DNA of 32,000 bases from positions 1,110,001-1,142,000 of the forward strand of contig NZ_CP047931.1 of NCBI RefSeq assembly GCF_014280175.1, in the 5' to 3' direction. Numbering within the stretch: position 1 is the first letter of the stretch; the number at the start of each line of letters is the position of its first letter. The DNA comes from Synechococcus sp. A15-28. Lineage in GTDB: Bacteria > Cyanobacteriota > Cyanobacteriia > PCC-6307 > Cyanobiaceae. The notes beneath the pieces are model-generated. The model was not told the origin of the DNA, made no database searches, and saw only the letters and a program-made list of their open reading frames with translations. Shown here one piece after another: positions 28,546 to 32,000 of the stretch. Both the position numbers and the translations under genes were made by a program.

Positions 28546-30224
28546 CGATCTCTCAGAAACAGCTGCTCCGAGGATGCCGCAGGTTCCCAGCTGAGGCACC
28601 AACGTTCCACACCGGCAACCGGCCGCAGCTTTGTTGTGCCGAGGCAGCTGCGCCGTGCGTAGGTGATCAATGCAGGATCATCCACCCTCAGAAGCGAGGA
28701 GACCTCTGCTGCCGCTCCCACACGCCTGCCATCGACGGCGATGAGCTCATCGCCGGGAACCAAGGCCGCTGCTCGCCCTGGGCCGTCCACTGCAGCCCGC
28801 TTGACAACAACGCGGCCGTTCATATCCGCCAAGGTCAGTCCGAGATCAGGTCTTTTCAGGGGCACAGGATCGAATCGCGCTCCAATCAGGCCTGCAATGT
28901 CCTGAAGCGGAAGGGAATCAGGACGATCCAGCCAGCGATCGAGATCTTCGGCGAGTTCAGGATCAATGGCCTTCAGCAACAGCGTCAGATCCCCGCGGAC
29001 AAAGCCTCGACCCACCTGGCCATGGGTCTTCCACAGAGCCCGGAGCTGTTCCGCCAGGGAGCTACCGCGTTGCCGAAGCCGCACATCAAGACAGAACGCG
29101 CTCGCTGCCCCGAGGCGGTAGTAGCTGATTTGGCTGTCGATGGAGACCACTGTGGATTTGTACAACTTCACCCAGGCTTCCTCGGCACTTGCCGCAAGGG
29201 ATTGCACGCGTCGCCCAGGAGCCATCAACACCCTGGACAGCTCATCGCCGAGATCCTGCAGCAGGGTGGAGCGATCGCTGGTGCCCGCGAGCAGGGGCAG
29301 GACCAGATCGAAATAGCTGGTGATCCCTTCGGCGAACCAGAGCCCTTCGCTGACGACGGGATGGCCGTAGTCGTAAGGGCGGAATTCCTGCGGCCGCAGT
29401 CTGCGGACATTCCATTGGTGGAGATACTCATGCCCCACTAGCTGCAACAGCTGCCGGTAGCCATCGGGTTTGGAAAGAGCAGCCCAGTTGAACTGCAGCA
29501 CAGCGCAGTGGTCGTGCTCCAGCCCTCCATAGCCGCTGTCGAGCATCTGAATCACAAGCTGATAGCGATCGCCCGCCGGTGGCGGTGTGCCCATCAACTG
29601 GCAGGTGGCTTCACAAATCCGCTCCACATCGGCCTTGAGCGTGGTGGGCCATCCCCCCGGCGGATCTCCCATCAACAGCAGCGTGTGCTGGTGGTCGAGA
29701 ACATGAAAGGGCTGGCCATGGAATGGGCCGGCCTGGACAGGACTGTCCAGCAGCTCATCGAAATCGTTGGCACGCCATCCATCCCCTTCCCAGGAGAGGG
29801 GACAGTGCACCTGCCAGGTGTCAGCACAGCTGACACCGAGTCGATGGGGACTCCAGCGGCAGCCATCCAGCTCCATCACCACCGCAGCAAGGCTGAAGGA
29901 CGCGAACTCAGGGTCGACAAAGGCCGTTCGAACGGTCAGGTCCCTCGCTTCCACCACATAGGTGAGGCGGTGCGGAATGGAATCGACGTGATCCGCCAAC
30001 CATTGGTTGGGGGCCAGACGCCTCAGAGAAACGGGGCCTGTTGCAGCCGTCAACTCAAGACTGTGTAGGTGCTGAACCGGATCACGAATGGTGTATGACC
30101 CTGGCGTCCAGAGGGGAAATTGCAGGATCTGGCGGGAGGTGGACGGCGTCCACCGCATCGTCACCCTGATGCGTTGCTCCTCCGGACGAACGAGATCCAG
30201 ATGAACGTCAACGTCGCCGTTCAC
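28527..30224 (-). CDS. M61 family (glycyl aminopeptidase-like) metallopeptidase with PDZ domain
   Basis: 565 aa; GYGGLEHDHCAVLQF, zinc motif GHEYLHQWNVRRLRP, LWFAEGITSYFD; C-terminal PDZ-like region LGLTLADMNGRVVVKRAAVDGPGRAAALVPGDELIAVDG. Confidence 0.93.
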   Translation of the reverse strand: MNGDVDVHLDLVRPEEQRIRVTMRWTPSTSRQILQFPLWTPGSYTIRDPVQHLHSLELTAATGPVSLRRLAPNQWLADHVDSIPHRLTYVVEARDLTVRTAFVDPEFASFSLAAVVMELDGCRWSPHRLGVSCADTWQVHCPLSWEGDGWRANDFDELLDSPVQAGPFHGQPFHVLDHQHTLLLMGDPPGGWPTTLKADVERICEATCQLMGTPPPAGDRYQLVIQMLDSGYGGLEHDHCAVLQFNWAALSKPDGYRQLLQLVGHEYLHQWNVRRLRPQEFRPYDYGHPVVSEGLWFAEGITSYFDLVLPLLAGTSDRSTLLQDLGDELSRVLMAPGRRVQSLAASAEEAWVKLYKSTVVSIDSQISYYRLGAASAFCLDVRLRQRGSSLAEQLRALWKTHGQVGRGFVRGDLTLLLKAIDPELAEDLDRWLDRPDSLPLQDIAGLIGARFDPVPLKRPDLGLTLADMNGRVVVKRAAVDGPGRAAALVPGDELIAVDGRRVGAAAEVSSLLRVDDPALITYARRSCLGTTKLRPVAGVERWCLSWEPAASSEQLFLRDRWFRFL

Positions 30225-30225
30225 C

Positions 30226-30579
30226 TCAGGGCGTCTCGATGGTCATCGTTGCGGAGGATCCGAAACCATCCATCGATTCAAGGGCGGCCAACAGCGCGTA
30301 CTGGCGAGCCACCCGTTGAAGCCTGGCCTTGAGGCCTTGATTGCGGGCCAGTCGTTGCAGATCGCCGACCATGGTCACCTCCCCACCATCGTCACCCTGG
30401 ATCCAGCCCAGGGATGGGGAGTCATCAGCCAGGGAGGCCAGGAGGTCCACCGGGTGGGACTTGCCGTTGAACGGGGCCATCACAGCGCCGATCACCACAT
30501 CAAATCCTTCGTGGCGCAGAGAAGCTTCCAGCAGATCCGGTCGTGTGTAGACGGTCGGCAGGATGGAGAGATGGGACAT
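30226..30579 (-). CDS. DUF1257 / Ycf35 family protein
   Basis: 117 aa; MSHLSILPTVYTRPDLLEASLRHEGFDVV...GEVTMVGDLQRLARNQGLKARLQRVARQYALLAAL fits the Ycf35 pattern. Confidence 0.8.
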   Translation of the reverse strand: MSHLSILPTVYTRPDLLEASLRHEGFDVVIGAVMAPFNGKSHPVDLLASLADDSPSLGWIQGDDGGEVTMVGDLQRLARNQGLKARLQRVARQYALLAALESMDGFGSSATMTIETP

Positions 30580-30586
30580 GAACCGA

Positions 30587-31255
30587 ATGCCCGCTTTTAC
30601 AGACCCTAGCCAGCAGAGCCCATCTGACCAGGCCCTGATTCATCCAACGTCAGCACCAGCATTCGATGGGGCTCTCCCGATCAGGGTTGGCGTGATGGCA
30701 TCAGGGAATGGGAGCAACTTCGAGGCGTTGGCAACGGCGATCCGGGATCGACGCATCAATGCCGAGATTGCTCTCCTGGTGGTGAACAACCCCGGCTGCG
30801 GAGCACAGCATCGTGCTGAACGGCGTGGCATTCCCTGGCAACTGATTAACCATCGGGATTACGACAGTCGGACCGCACTGGACCGGGACCTGGTGGATCG
30901 ATTCCGAACTGCTGAGGTGGAGGGAATCGTGATGGCGGGCTGGATGCGCATCGTCACCGGTGAGTTGATCAAGGCCTTCCCCGATCGATTGATCAACATC
31001 CACCCTTCGCTTCTACCCAGCTTCCGTGGGCTTGATGGCGTTGGCCAGGCTCTCAAGGCCGGCGTCCGCCTTGCTGGTTGCACGGTTCACCTGGTTACCG
31101 AGGACCTGGATGCAGGCCCGATCCTGGTTCAGGCGGCCGTTCCGGTCCTGGAGACGGATGATCACGACAGCCTGTCCAAGCGGATTCAGCTGCAGGAACA
31201 TCGCATCCTGCCGAGCGGACTGATGCTGGCGGCGCAGCGCTGGCGTCAGGGGTAA
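30587..31255 (+). CDS. purN: phosphoribosylglycinamide formyltransferase
   Basis: IRVGVMASGNGSNFEALATAI, VVNNPGCG, GWMRIVTGELIKAFPDRLINIHPSLLPSFRG. Start is uncertain; in-frame starts exist at 30563, 30578 and 30587. Confidence 0.95.
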   Translation: MPAFTDPSQQSPSDQALIHPTSAPAFDGALPIRVGVMASGNGSNFEALATAIRDRRINAEIALLVVNNPGCGAQHRAERRGIPWQLINHRDYDSRTALDRDLVDRFRTAEVEGIVMAGWMRIVTGELIKAFPDRLINIHPSLLPSFRGLDGVGQALKAGVRLAGCTVHLVTEDLDAGPILVQAAVPVLETDDHDSLSKRIQLQEHRILPSGLMLAAQRWRQG

Positions 31256-32000
31256 AAACTCTGCAAGGGCAGCCCTGTCTCCGGCGGCAGGCCATGCATC
31301 AGGTTCAGACACTGAACACCCTGTCCGGCCTGACCCTTGATCAGGTTGTCGATGGCACTCATCAGAATCATCTGTCCTGTTCTGGTGTCCACCTGAACGG
31401 ACACCAAGGCGCGGTTGGTGTGACGTGCCCATTTCGTGGCGGGATACGTGCCCACCGGCAGAACGGACACGCAGGGGTGGTGCCGATACACCGCTTCGAG
31501 CACCGTGGTGCAGTCTTCAGCCGTCAGTCCGGGATCCCGTAGACGCGCATACACCGTGGACAGCAGGCCTCGCACCATCGGCACCAGATGCGGGGTGAAC
31601 TGCAAACGAACATCCTGCCCGGCAACCTCCTGGGCCATCTGTTCGATCTCGGAGGTGTGGCGATGACCGATGACGCCGTAAGGGGCAATGGATTCAGATG
31701 CCTCCGCGAGCAGCATCGCCTCCTTGGGGACGCGCCCCCCGCCGGACGTGCCTGTCTTGGCATCAATGATGATGCCGTCGGTTTCGATCAGGCCCTGTTT
31801 CAGGAAGGGCAGCAACGGCATCAAGCTGGCCGTTGGGAAGCACCCCGGTGCAGCCACCAACATGGCCTCGGCGATGGCGGGCCCATGCCACTCCGGCAAG
31901 CCATAGACCGCCTCTCGGCAAAGGTCGGAGTCCTGTCTGGAGAGACGGCTGGCCTCCTGGGAATACACCTGACTCCATTGCTCCAGTGAGCGATATCGGA
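31246..32000 (-). CDS. argC: N-acetyl-gamma-glutamyl-phosphate reductase, 5' end beyond the window
   Basis: VYGLPEW, APGCFPTASLMPLLPFLK (catalytic Cys), DAKTGTSGGGR, FTPHLVPMVRGLLSTVY. The frame remains open to 32000 (..RYRSLEQWSQVYSQEAS), so the listed start at 31968 is internal. Confidence 0.96.
   Translation of the reverse strand, partial: RYRSLEQWSQVYSQEASRLSRQDSDLCREAVYGLPEWHGPAIAEAMLVAAPGCFPTASLMPLLPFLKQGLIETDGIIIDAKTGTSGGGRVPKEAMLLAEASESIAPYGVIGHRHTSEIEQMAQEVAGQDVRLQFTPHLVPMVRGLLSTVYARLRDPGLTAEDCTTVLEAVYRHHPCVSVLPVGTYPATKWARHTNRALVSVQVDTRTGQMILMSAIDNLIKGQAGQGVQCLNLMHGLPPETGLPLQSFYP

Noticed and set aside
27037-29580. Two GCGATCGC (HIP1-like) octamers, one near 27045 and one near 29565
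   Set aside because: About one is expected by chance in 32 kb of this base composition; two do not indicate HIP1 enrichment.
1-32000. Search for CRISPR arrays, transposases, integrases, toxin-antitoxin pairs, tRNA/rRNA and defence cassettes
   Set aside because: None seen by reading; gene content is housekeeping. A tRNAscan/Infernal run would be needed to exclude small RNAs completely.

Overview
The window is GC-rich, densely packed bacterial chromosome. The gene content (cyanobacterial-type Hfq, Ycf35/DUF1257, DUF4330, DUF1995, HemJ, CobN, DapF) points to a cyanobacterium, probably marine Synechococcus-like; this is inference from families, with no database search. Almost all DNA is explained by core genes: DUF2237 (partial), metH, ilvE, cobN, a PHP phosphoesterase, hemJ, an FeS-BCP/PhrB-like photolyase, uvrC, a flavin reductase, coaD, a coiled-coil DivIVA-like protein, dacB-like PBP4, DUF4330, DUF1995, a cysteine desulfurase, dapF, an hfq-like gene, leuS, pgi, a secreted transglycosylase-like protein, an amidase, an M61 peptidase, ycf35, purN and argC (partial). 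I found no rRNA, tRNA, CRISPR, transposase, phage or defence island. Two genes are not represented correctly in the ORF track: a left-edge DUF2237 gene (absent) and a 73-aa Hfq-like gene hidden at the end of an over-extended ORF. The best leads are: a four-gene flavin reductase/uvrC/small exported protein/photolyase operon; apparent loss of Fe-S ligand cysteines in that photolyase; a Cys-rich C-terminal extension on DapF; a C10 tract in a signal-peptide coding region; a secreted His-rich protein with PVYR-like repeats; and convergent gene pairs with almost no space between them. I see no clearly novel multi-gene system.
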